Source: Takakia lepidozioides (lineage: Eukaryota > Plantae > Bryophyta). Taken from it: a stretch of 64,000 bases of DNA. This document shows, one piece after another, positions 37,869 to 48,382 of the stretch; position 1 is the stretch's first letter; the number at the start of each line of letters is the position of its first letter. Position numbers and translations under genes: made by a program. The notes below the pieces were generated by a model. The model saw only the letters and a list, made by a program, of their open reading frames with translations. It had not been told where the DNA came from and made no database searches. The stretch spans positions 57,846,001-57,910,000 of the forward strand of contig CM060732.1 of assembly GCA_030704615.1 (NCBI GenBank), in the 5' to 3' direction.

Positions 37869-39717
37869 AGGCCCCAATACCTGCTAGATATTGGCCTCAA
37901 TAGACCCCAAATAGTTCTCAAACAGGCCCCCAGTAGGCTCCAAAAATATCCACAGTCAGTCGATTTTTCATCCATCACTGACCGAATTTCATCCAAAACC
38001 GCGATTTCTCATCCACAAGTCCAATATTTTATCCGTCAGTGCGATATTTCATCCACTGGCACGATATTTCATCTGCTGGCGTAGTTTCATCCGTCGCCGC
38101 AATTTTTCATCTGATGGTACGATAAATCATCCGCTGCCACGATTTCATCCGCTGACGCAGTTTCATCCGTCGCCACGATTTTTCATCCGATAGCGCGATA
38201 GTTCAACTGCTGACGCAGTTTCATCTGTCGCCGCAATTTTTCATCCAATAGCGCGATAGATCATCCGCTGGCACAGTTTCATCCGTCGCCGCAATTCTTC
38301 ATCCGATAGCGCGATAGTTCATCCGCTGATGAGATTTCATCCGTTGGCGCAGTTTCGTCCACTGCAACCGATTCCCATCCAGGAGGGCCAATTTTCATCC
38401 ACTGGCTCAATAGTTCATCCGATGGGACAATGGTGGTACTCCCAACTCTGGGGCAATGTTCCCACGCGTTCCCATGCGTTTCCACGAGTTCCCAAGGAGT
38501 TCCCAAGCGTTCTCACGTGTTCCCTCGAGTTCCCAAGTGTTCCCACGTGTTCCCAAGCTAGAGTTTGCGCCGCTTTGCCTCTGCGATTGCTGCAACGAGC
38601 TATGGCTTCTATGGAGCAACCAGAGGTGTTGTTCTTAGTTTCTTGAGCATCAATAGACCACCAAGAGTGCCTCTAAACTCCCTGAGCAAGCTCTCTTTCT
38701 CTATAGAACTTATTGAAACAAGCATAGAACAAGCTATTGAGCTTTATATGGCATACCCTCTTTTAACCATCGCATGCACTCATAGTGCTTCCTTCCATGG
38801 CCATAGTGCACTTCTTAGAGCTCCTAATCCAGCCCTGCACTTGCCACTTCCATAGACATGCTCTTCCCAAGCTTGGGATTGAAACCCCAACTCAAAGCAT
38901 GCTCTACAAATACACTATTCTGCCCCAAAGAGAAATCAGATGTCTACCTCCACTCATAGCTTTCATAAGCTTGAAGTTGAAGACTCCCACAAGCTGAAAC
39001 CATGCTCCACACATGCACCGCTTGCTCCCTTAATACCTGAGCTCTTCTTGAACTCCTCAAACCGTGCAACACTTACAGAACAAGAACTTCTTCACAAGTT
39101 CTCAAACTTTTCAATGGGGCTCTCCTTGAAGACCTCCTCTTGTACATAAACACCACAAGGCTTTCTTCTTGCAAACCCTACAACACCTTGTAACTTAAGA
39201 GCTATCTATTAAGCTCTCATTCACACAAGTGCTAACTATGCTAACACATTGCACTCATCGATGTAAGCAGGTCTTCTTCTAGTGATACGGAAATGGTGAA
39301 AAGAGGAGAAACCACTCTATCATGTTATATAAGTCAAGCCAATGGCACCTTTGCTAAAAGACTCCACCATACAGACCTCACCCACTCTCCATCTCAAGTA
39401 CTAGAGCTATGACGGCGAGAGAGGCCTCGGGAGGCTCAACTAGAAGAAGACGAGCCTGCCTACTTCTCACATGGAGATAACCTCCCCACGTCCCAAGTGA
39501 GGTTCGTCACCTCACTTGGCAGATGGAACCAAATGAAGTCCCAATGCCAACAAAATACAAATATAAATGTATAATGTCTTAATTAGCTAGAAATAACAAT
39601 TTCTAACTAATTACAAACAAAACCATGACAGCTGTCGTGCACCTAAGCATCGTGCCACAACACACATCGCTGTCCAATCACACTTCCTAGAATATAGTCC
39701 TAGAAAGCCACGCCACA
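37869..39717 (-). repeat. Long LTR segment of the DNMT-carrying element
   Basis: Begins TGTGGCG at 39717 directly after PPT TAGGGGGGGCGAT. The first ~400 bp are homologous to 18222-18620. Extension to 37869 is inferred. Confidence 0.65.
37960..38556. repeat. CpG-rich minisatellite arrays: ~20-bp (tttcatccg...) units, then ~9-10-bp (gttcccacg) units
   Basis: Repeated tttcatcc(g/a) cores at 37960-38425; gttccca repeats at 38455-38556. Confidence 0.8.
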
Positions 39718-40820
39718 ATCGCCCCCCCTAGCTAGTGATTAGGTCCCTCTAACACCGGATAGCTTGCAAGTATCCACCCCAATAAGATCATCGCTTGGTC
39801 TTCAATCGCACAAGTCCCAACACCTGAAGTCGATAGATCAAGAGGCCGGGTACAAACGTAGCCCCATTGTTAATCGCCTTCATGCAATCCATGATCTTCA
39901 GTTGAGTATCCATGGCATTGAAGCCCCACTAGCTAGACCTTGGATCACTTGTTCGCCTCACCATTGTCATGCCCACTACCTCTGTCCAAGGCATCGTGGA
40001 CACAACCATTCTCCGATAGGAACTTCCTCAAGTGGCAGTGTCAAGCATCCCATGTGCCACCCCCTTGAGCATTTGTCACACGCCAACATGGTTGCGGCGC
40101 CACCAGCATGCCCACATAGCATGCAACGCAATCCTGCAGATCCCACTATCCTCCCATCCACATGTGGAAGTGACATGGCGCACAATTGCGCACATGGTCC
40201 TTCCATACCATGTCATCTCGACCCTCCAGAGTCAACACTCCTGAAGGCAACACCTCCCTGACCCTTAGAATCACACGTCATGTTGTGACATCCAAGGTTG
40301 TAGGCGCTGTCTGCTGCAAATACACATCGTCCCCAGGGTGGAAACGCCGAACACTTGGTCGATATCCCCCTCCGCGTATAGTGGCGTACCTCAATGTGTC
40401 TCGGTGTTGGATAATAGCAAGGTTCTCAAAAGCCATAGGCATGACTCTCTTGAACAACTCTGCCCGCTGGGCACATGCTTGTGTCCACACATCCGGATCA
40501 TCAAGGTTGAGAACTATTGCAGCCTCCCTGCAAATAGATGCAGGTAAATCCGGCTCTCGGATCCCCCATGAGAGGAACAGTCTCCAAGATGTAAGCTGGA
40601 GGTTGCACTGGCCTCACCTGCAAGTCACGCAACACTCGTAACATCTCCCAAAACAAATGCGACCTTGCATCATGCAAGCCATTCCCATGATCTGCGGGAG
40701 AGTATCCTTGGCAAGGCCATCCAGCTATCATTAAGTCAATTGCACCATGCCGGCCCAAATCATCCTCCTCCAGCAAGGTAATGTCTGCTGGCAAGGCCTT
40801 TTGGTACCCTTGAATTATAA
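39718..40820 (-). mobile_element. DNMT-carrying Gypsy element copy 2 (internally deleted): DNMT motifs IV-VI joined to integrase C-terminus, PHD finger, PPT
   Basis: IDLMIAGWPCQGYS..LFWEMLRVL..YILETV (40548-40820); WTQACAQRAELFKRVMP..LDVT (40278-40547); PHD 39976-40140. Confidence 0.88.
39976..40140 (-). pseudogene. PHD finger at the integrase C-terminus
   Basis: CMLC..MLACDKCSRGWHMGCL..PLEEVPIGEWLCPRC, a canonical C4HC3. Confidence 0.88.
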
Positions 40821-40900
40821 CACTCGTGGTACTGCGAGTGGCACGGAATCCCTCCTGAGGGTCACTGAGGATATGGTGCTGCTCAACGTAACTGGATAAC
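40821..40900 (-). mobile_element. Small LINE RT fragment
   Basis: LSSYVEQHHILSDPQEGFRATRSTT (non-LTR RT QxGFR motif). Confidence 0.6.
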
Positions 40901-40957
40901 ATTGTAGTTAATTAACTAGAAGTAGGTAATTCTAGTTAATCATGACTAAAACCATAC

Positions 40958-41290
40958 ACATTAGTTCATATTCTTGGGTTCTGGTTTTGTCTCCTCTCTC
41001 AAGTTTTCTTCCATTTTGTCCCATAAGCTCTACGAGCTTTCCGTGGACGTTATAAAGCACCATTTCATTTCATTTCTCTCATATGCACAAGCGTTATTTA
41101 TTCCTCTTTCCCTCACGTGCACAATATTTGTTTTTTCTTCTCGCACACGCACAATCTTTGTTTCTTTTTCTCTCCATCGGAAGCACAATCTTTGATTTTT
41201 CTCCATTGTTTTTTTCCATTTTGTCCCATAAGCTCTTTATGCTTTCTGCGGACGTTATAAAGTACCATTTCAATTTCATTTCATTTTACT
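40958..41290 (+). repeat. Two LINE 3'-end copies with CATTT tails
   Basis: ccattttgtcccataagctct..ggacgttataaag.accatttca at ~41010-41075 and ~41215-41288. Confidence 0.65.
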
Positions 41291-42209
41291 AGCACAATCT
41301 TTGTTTCTACTCTCTTGATGTCGCGTACCTCACTTTGGTAACTCCTATTTTAAATCATAGTTAGTCGCTTTGATGCGTGCGCCTAACTCCTAAACTGCCG
41401 CCGGGCCAACTCGGAGCATCGGGGCATAACGGTCCCTCTTGCTCCTCCTCCACGAGACCCTCGAACAAATTGGGCCTAGTGGAAATTCCCCTTGTGGTTG
41501 TTGGCAGTCCAGAATCGCTCCCCATACCTTGGTCGCTTTCCGGCTCGCATGCTTATCTTCTAGCTTTTGGTCACCCAACGGGCTTGCATCGTTCTCGGGG
41601 TTACTACTCCCTATATATACTTCTGTAGGTGTCCGCGGGGGGCTCCCAAATAGCCAAGTCATTTTCTGGTGAACCGCTACCAAGACCGTCAACTCCCTGT
41701 GATAAGTCGCGGTGAGTCTTGGCCCACAGCCTCAATGGACCGTATGAGCCCCAAGAGTCCCTACGACTCCCCCCACAAGGCCTTAGCCTTCTGGTGAGTT
41801 CTATGCCACCCCCACTATAACTCTCTAAGCTACCACCACCCCACATGGAGCCCCCACCGCAACCTAGCTTGTGGGGCTCCCTTAGTGAGTGCCTCCGCTC
41901 CTTTGAGCGCCTTCAAGGGTGCTTCAGCCCCTTTTCCTATTGCTGCCGCTGCCCCCACCACAAGGGCAGCCCTTCTCGTGTCCCGACTCCTCGCCCTCAA
42001 GGCAAAGGGCCGCGACACTTGATGGCACAATCTTTGTATTTTTTTCTTTTTCTTTTTCCTCCCTCTCTCTCGCACCATTTCATTTCTTCATGCCTCCCTC
42101 TTTCTCGCGTGAGCTCCTTCTCTCTCCTTGCCGCACTCGTCGGCGCCCGCTCACGCGTGTTGGCGCGCCTGTGCCCCAACGCCGCCTCCACTACGTTCTC
42201 CTCTAGATA

Positions 42210-42900
42210 AATGTCAAAGGACTGGCGATAAGGATGGGGTCTCGCCCTCACCCTCGCCTCACCCTGATTCTCCTCTACTTCTCCGTCCTGGCCCGGGTAC
42301 TCAACAGCCTCTCCCTTGCACCAGTACTCCACTAGGAGTGCGGATATCCAAATCCTACGAGACCAAGTTGCTACCCTACAAACTCGTTGCATCTCGGAAG
42401 AGGCACTGCAGCAGTTACTCGAAGCACGGAATAAGGATTTCGAGAGGTTGCTCGCAACCAAAGATAGGGACGTGGAGAAGTTGTGTGCAGCCTGGGACAA
42501 AGATTTAGAGAACCTGCGGGCTGAGGTTGCCGTCTTGCGAGCTTCTCTTCAGGACAGCAATACCAAAGTGGAAGGCCTGTTAAGACAACTCAATACAAAA
42601 ACAACCAACGCACGTCTCTCTAAACTGGAAGGGGAAGTGATGGCCCTCATAGAGAATGACACTTCAAGTACCCTCCCGGCAAGTATCCACCAACAGGTGG
42701 AAACTCTTACTAAAGAGCTAGAACCCACAAGGCTGCGACATCTTCATGGCCCAAGAGCTCCAAGCTCATAAGGCGGAGGCTTCTTCTTGGGCTAACATAG
42801 TCAAGTAAAGCACTGGACCATCCAACAACAATTCCGCTCTTTGGAAGATACAGTTTTGGCTACCCTGCAGGAGGAACAGTAACGGGCTTTCAAAGCCCAT
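42210..42900 (+). mobile_element. Probable LINE ORF1 remnant (coiled-coil)
   Basis: Heptad-rich ORF 42316-42771, followed by SSWANIVK, typical of non-LTR ORF1; truncated. Confidence 0.45.
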
Positions 42901-43802
42901 ATTGGTGTCACAGAGCGCCCGACGGCATGCGAAGGCTGACACCAATCGTGCTCATAAAAGTCTCCCCAACATAATTTGAAGGAAATCTGCCATTACAAAG
43001 GGCCATTGGAGCACGGGGTTCAGCTAGGTCACCAGAACTCATCCACTGTAGGTCCCCCGCAACCCAATTCTAGGCAAGTATCCGCATTCAAAACACCTGC
43101 AACAGCATCGTAAGGCCTCATTTGGTCCCCGCAAAGCAAAGCGAGCAAATGTGAGTGCGCAGATAAGAGAGAGAGAAAGAGAGGGAGAAGACGATGCGAG
43201 GGAGAGCCCTAAAACTCTGATTTGGAGGGGTGACAGGCTGGCGACAGCAGAGCCTCCACCTTTAGGTCTGGTACAGGTTCGGCACACCGAGAGGTACGGG
43301 GCGAGGCCCGTCTGCGCCCGCCTTAGGTTCGGATTTCCGCGGTCAAAATGATGGATGAATAGTTTCTCGTCCGCAGTACGAGTCGCGCACAACGAGAAAT
43401 TAATGGGCGGCGGGCTGAGTGGCCGCATGTTTTTGGAGCCTGCCCGCCCACAGTGTGAGTGAGCAGCTGGGTTGTCGCTTCGTGGGCTTATGGTAATTTG
43501 GTTTCATTCCTTCTTCCTGGCAACACAGGCTCCGATGTAGTGTCATTTAGTTGCACCCTGTGAGATTTTGCAAAGGTTCCCAACATAGAAGTAGTACGAG
43601 CATGGAAATGACAGTGGAGATTGTGATTGCCAGGCAATCGACACAGTTGCTTGATCACATACAGCAGACCTTGCTTAACAGTTGGTGCATAGCTACTCCA
43701 CATAAACTGGACTCTCTCATGAAGTTTTGAAGTGAAGAAGAAAAGAAACATTTAGAAAGAAGCACAAGTGAGAGTTTTGCAAGCTTGTACTGAAGAGTCA
43801 AT

Positions 43803-46800
43803 TCAAATGGGCGGAACAAACATGTGGCCTAGACCTAAGAACTCACATGCAAATTCATCATCGTTCTTAGCTAGCATTCTCTTCAGGTCACAGACTACTT
43901 TGCGATTTGCAATCACTCTAGCTCTGGGCATAATCTTCTTCTCGAGAGAGTAGCTAAAATATCGGGGATATGTCACCACTTCATGAATTGGACGCCCCAT
44001 GCCATTGACTAAGTAATCGAGCTTGGGTCTAAACACTGCCTCAATGTTGTAGCCGAGAATAGGTGGGAAATGACACACCATGTATGCCACATCCCTTTGG
44101 CTGAGACCCCTAGCTCGCAAGTAGGCCATCCTGAAACACACACAAGACAGTCAAGGCACTTCTTATAGCACACAAACTGATACCAATCTGGACTACTCTC
44201 CCTTCATGACTCAACATATTACTCTCCTTCTAACCCAGCACTTTTTTGAATTGGACAGAATATGCCCAGGCACCTATGTACTATCAGGACACCCACCAAA
44301 GCAAGCGTGGCCACTGCTTGCCAATACCACTGCTGAAGTGAGATGCCAACCCATGGCAGATCATACCTTCTGCTATATATGGGAAAGTCCCATCCATCCC
44401 TGGTCCAATTAAGATCTGGTCAACAGGTGACAGCAAATGCGGGTAGACATTAACTAACCTTGGTCGTAAAGAGGCATCCACACTCATGGAAAGCATCTCG
44501 GGATACACATGTATCACCCGCCAGAAGCGCTCACTGTGGACCCCCAACTCCCTCAGAAATTCCACCTTCCTTTCCAGGGTGCATTTGATATTAGACGCAA
44601 AGACCTCTGGTGATCTGCACAACATGCTGCCCATGCGACTAGACTCCACCCCCATCTTCTCCAGAAAGCTCACCATCTGCCTATGCCACAGTCAAGTAGC
44701 TCAGAACTGCTTCGAGTGGAACTATAAGAACACCTCCTGGTAAAGATTTGAACCTCAAAGCTGGATTGTTCCCATAAAACGCCATAAGAGCTATCCTCAC
44801 CACACCTTCAAAAGTAAGTTGCTCCTCTGTACTTCTACAATGTTCAAGATACGTCCATGGCAAAACATCTCAGTACTCCTCAGTTGCTGAGTCCATGATA
44901 AATTAGGCAAAAAGGAACTGGCCATTTGACTGTTCCTCCTTTCTCTCAGAGTATTCGTGACTGGCCAGCGCCTCCCTGCGGTGGTAGTGCCACAATGCAT
45001 GTACTGGTACTAGATAAGTGGAGACCAGTGTAAGCAATCTTACATTCTCGAGGGGTATCAACGTCCTCCTGTTTTTATCTGGTCCAATCCATCATGCTTT
45101 CCTTCCTATCTTCCACGAGAGAAACAAGTCATTTCATTTGAGTTTACAAGACTGGGGGGGTAGAATAGAAGGATGCTCACCTCATTGAATTCTTGAGGTG
45201 TCTGAAGAAGTAGTTGTGGGCTGCAAGCTATCACTTGACCCAGCCGCTTGCTCTTCACCCCCAAATCATTTAGGCGATGCACCATCGGTTGCATTGTCCT
45301 AGTACTTGAACATCCCACCAACTGTGGGCATCTTGTGATAGCTCGATCCACATCTCCACCTGGCACCTGGCACGTGGCACCACCACATCAGCAGACATAT
45401 TGCACACATCCCACCTTTATCATCTCTTCACATAGTATGCCTTTCCTATGTATGATTGCCAAGATATATGATGTCAATAAGAAAGAGTGTGAGAGAGAGA
45501 AAGAGAGAGTTGGGGATAGTATAAACACCTTGATAGAAAAGAGAAACTGGACGATTTCGTCCACATTAGCCTGAACACTGCGGCTCAGAAGCCAGGGGTA
45601 CCGGACCACCATCTTCCCCAGATCCCTTGCACGTACGCCAACCTACAGCATGTGTCAAAGAATCTGCTGTAGTGTGTGGGTAAAATCGCAAAGAAAGTGG
45701 CGTCATATCTCTCTTCAAGCACCAACTCCTGTCAGGCCGCAAGTAGAATACTCAGATTCCAACCTCAAGCAAAGTATAACGCAGACCTTCTTCAAGGTCC
45801 TGAGTCGTGGCTGTAGGTCTTTTTCAATGTTGCACAATAAAACTGGTGGAAAGCAGAGTATCACCCGGCCCAGACTTTCTTTTGGCACTCCTAAAGTCTC
45901 CAGAAAAGAGACAGCAGGCCTAAGCTCAGCTTCCAAACTGCGAATAAAAATTTGTGGAAACTCCTCTATCACATGCGCAACAGCTTCCGCTCTTGTATCA
46001 AGAATAGCCAGACCTCCACGTTGGGCCTCCATCTAGAGAATTTGAAAGACAGTCCAGGTTAGTTTCTCTTGGATGCAGGCATTTGACTGTTGTGAGTGGT
46101 ACAAATTTTTTCTCGGCCATCTAGAGAGAGGAACAGCGCAGAACTCAGCCATTTCTCAATGAGTAAGGAGCCAGCATATAGGAGAGAGACACCCCTTACA
46201 CCAGGCGATCCGGAGAAAGGAAGACCATCACAGAGAGAGAACAAAAAAGAGAGACTAGACACATCTTCTCACTCATCTTCTCGCTCTCATTCATGTGTGC
46301 AACTTCAGTTCCCCAAAATCATATGAAACCTTAAGATGAAATTACATTCGGTTTCTGTCCAATATCAGAGATCATTTCGCGAGTTATTGCTAAGGTGCCA
46401 GTACATCGGGTCTAAGAGAGAAAGAATACTCCAGCCAAAGCCAGGTAAGGGCACTGGCCTGGGCTCTTTATGGAAGTCCTTAGGTCTGACACTATGAAAC
46501 CCTCCTGTGAATGCACTCCCACACCACTCCCGATTGCCTCAGAGCTGAAGCCCACCAGGTATGTCCACTTACTATCATTTGGAGGTTCCCATACATTCAC
46601 CCCATCCCAAATGTTGGTGCAAAAGAAGCAGGGCGGGTGAAACCTTTTCGAAAAAAGAGAGGGTGCGCTGTAGGTCCTCATCAAGAGGGACGGAGAGTCT
46701 CCTCATCATGTGATGCACTAGTCCTTCCACGGTCTTCGCGTTATCTTGTGTGTCTGCCATCACATCCTCCAAAAACCTGACCTGCGCCCCCTCCAACACA

Positions 46801-47589
46801 AAATATAATTGTCCCACCAGCCTGTCCGCAACCAACATCTCCCGATTGCAAGTACCCTACAACCTTGGTCTACTTACAGCTGTTGCGCTACCCAACTTAT
46901 TTTTCATGTGTTTGAGCTGCACAAGTAAATGATGAACAGTCTGTGGCCAGAACGACAGCCACCTTCTCGAGGAACTCCGAAAGCGGAAGAGAGGATAGCG
47001 AGTGCGAGACTCGTGCCATGTGCTGAACTCGCACACCCACGCTCTCCAATACAGCGCCCCAATTTTGCCTGTCTTTTCTTTGCGGGCTGAGACGGCCAAC
47101 GTTGTATGCCTGGGCCTCTCGGGCGGCATCGAATGTGCCCCACCGCCGAAGCTCCTCTAATTCATAAGTACCATCCAGCAGCTGTTGAACAAAGATGGGT
47201 GCCTTTGCAGACACTTGCAGAGCCTCCTCCCGATCAAGGCCTGCTTCTACCAGCATATCTGCCACTGCAGCATGAGCTTCCTCTCGAGAATAACCCAAAT
47301 TTGGTTCGGCATCCCCATCTCCATACCCGCATCTAATGTCTCTTCTGCTTTGTTGGGAAGCTTGCACGCCTTGACCAACGCTAAACTTATGACATTTTCT
47401 ACCCTGTTCTGGTCCCCCCTCTGCTTTAACAGCATGAAAAAATTCAGGTATAGAGACTGCGTAGAGACCTCGTAGCACTGTACATGGGACAATAGCACAT
47501 GCAGCGTTGTTTGACCCAACATCTCGCTGCACTGCAAAGAAGGGCGCCTGCACCCAGGCTGAGGAGTGCACATGCAGTTGCCAATCCAT
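43803..47589 (-). CDS. MTERF8: mTERF-family plastid protein, mTERF8/PTAC15-like, 7 exons, ~618 aa
   Basis: Exons: 46963-47589, 46644-46781, 45787-46032, 45529-45642, 45181-45366, 44459-44676, 43803-44130 (1857 nt). mTERF repeats; EAQRGGL and YPRYFSYSLEKKI..LAKNDDEFA..FLGLG match recalled PTAC15. Confidence 0.88.
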
Positions 47590-48034
47590 TCTTGCCTAGA
47601 ATGAGTTAGAATGAGTTGACAGAGGGCGAAAGGCCGCCCATCGCTCCCAAACTCACTTCATCTCTTCAGAATCACCTCTTTTAAACTTCACACCACCACT
47701 ACTTACCAACATTTTTCTGGCATGTCCAGTACTAAAGCCCAAGCCTAAACCAAGCTTCTTCCCGGCGACACTCTAGAAAAGAACAACCCTTAATAGCAGT
47801 GGCGCGTTGGCTCGCTTCGCAGATCTTTCCACGGACGGTGTGTGCATCTCGATTTCTTGGGGAGCTTTTCGCTTCTTGATCTGCTTGGCACTCAGTCTTC
47901 ATTCGGTTCAGGCGCTCCGCTGTTTGGCACAGCATGTTTTAATTTGCAGGGGCTAATTACGTGGACGCGCACGGTGTTGTGAGCTGAGAGAGGAGAGGCG
48001 TGTGAGAGATCTAAGTTTGCTTGTCAAGATGGTG

Positions 48035-48219
48035 CTCGGTCAAAATTCGGGGACACCAAAGTGGGAGTGATCAATTGGAGTGATACTCCTCCCTTGTTGC
48101 CCTGATGATATATCACCCTGTCCCATGTCACTTCCTTTCTATACTTGGTCAAAATACGGGGACACCAAGTGGGAGTTATAATCAATTGGAGTGATACTCC
48201 TCCCTTGTTGCCCTGATGA
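48035..48219. repeat. Direct duplication (~75 bp x2) in the mTERF8/TAF1A divergent intergenic region
   Basis: ggtcaaaat.cggggacacca..tcaattggagtgatactcctcccttgttgccctgatgat at ~48038 and ~48147. Confidence 0.8.
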
Positions 48220-48382
48220 TGCACCCAATCTACGCCCCTCTCGAGAAGGGGTGGGGAAGATTTGATATATGGGTGCTAAGAATCAAAACCCTTTGCGGGG
48301 TCGTTAAAGGCCGGGCCGACCAACTCCTTCGTGTGTTGTGGGAAAAAGAGCGGCATGGTGAGAAACAGAAGAGAAGACGGAG

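Noticed and set aside
42905-43006. FMSTIGV peptide resembling a Rab GTPase switch I
   Set aside because: No P-loop or other GTPase exons nearby; likely chance.
48102-48216. Box C/D snoRNA (TGATGA...CTGA)
   Set aside because: The boxes arise from the direct duplication; no terminal stem or recognisable guide sequence.
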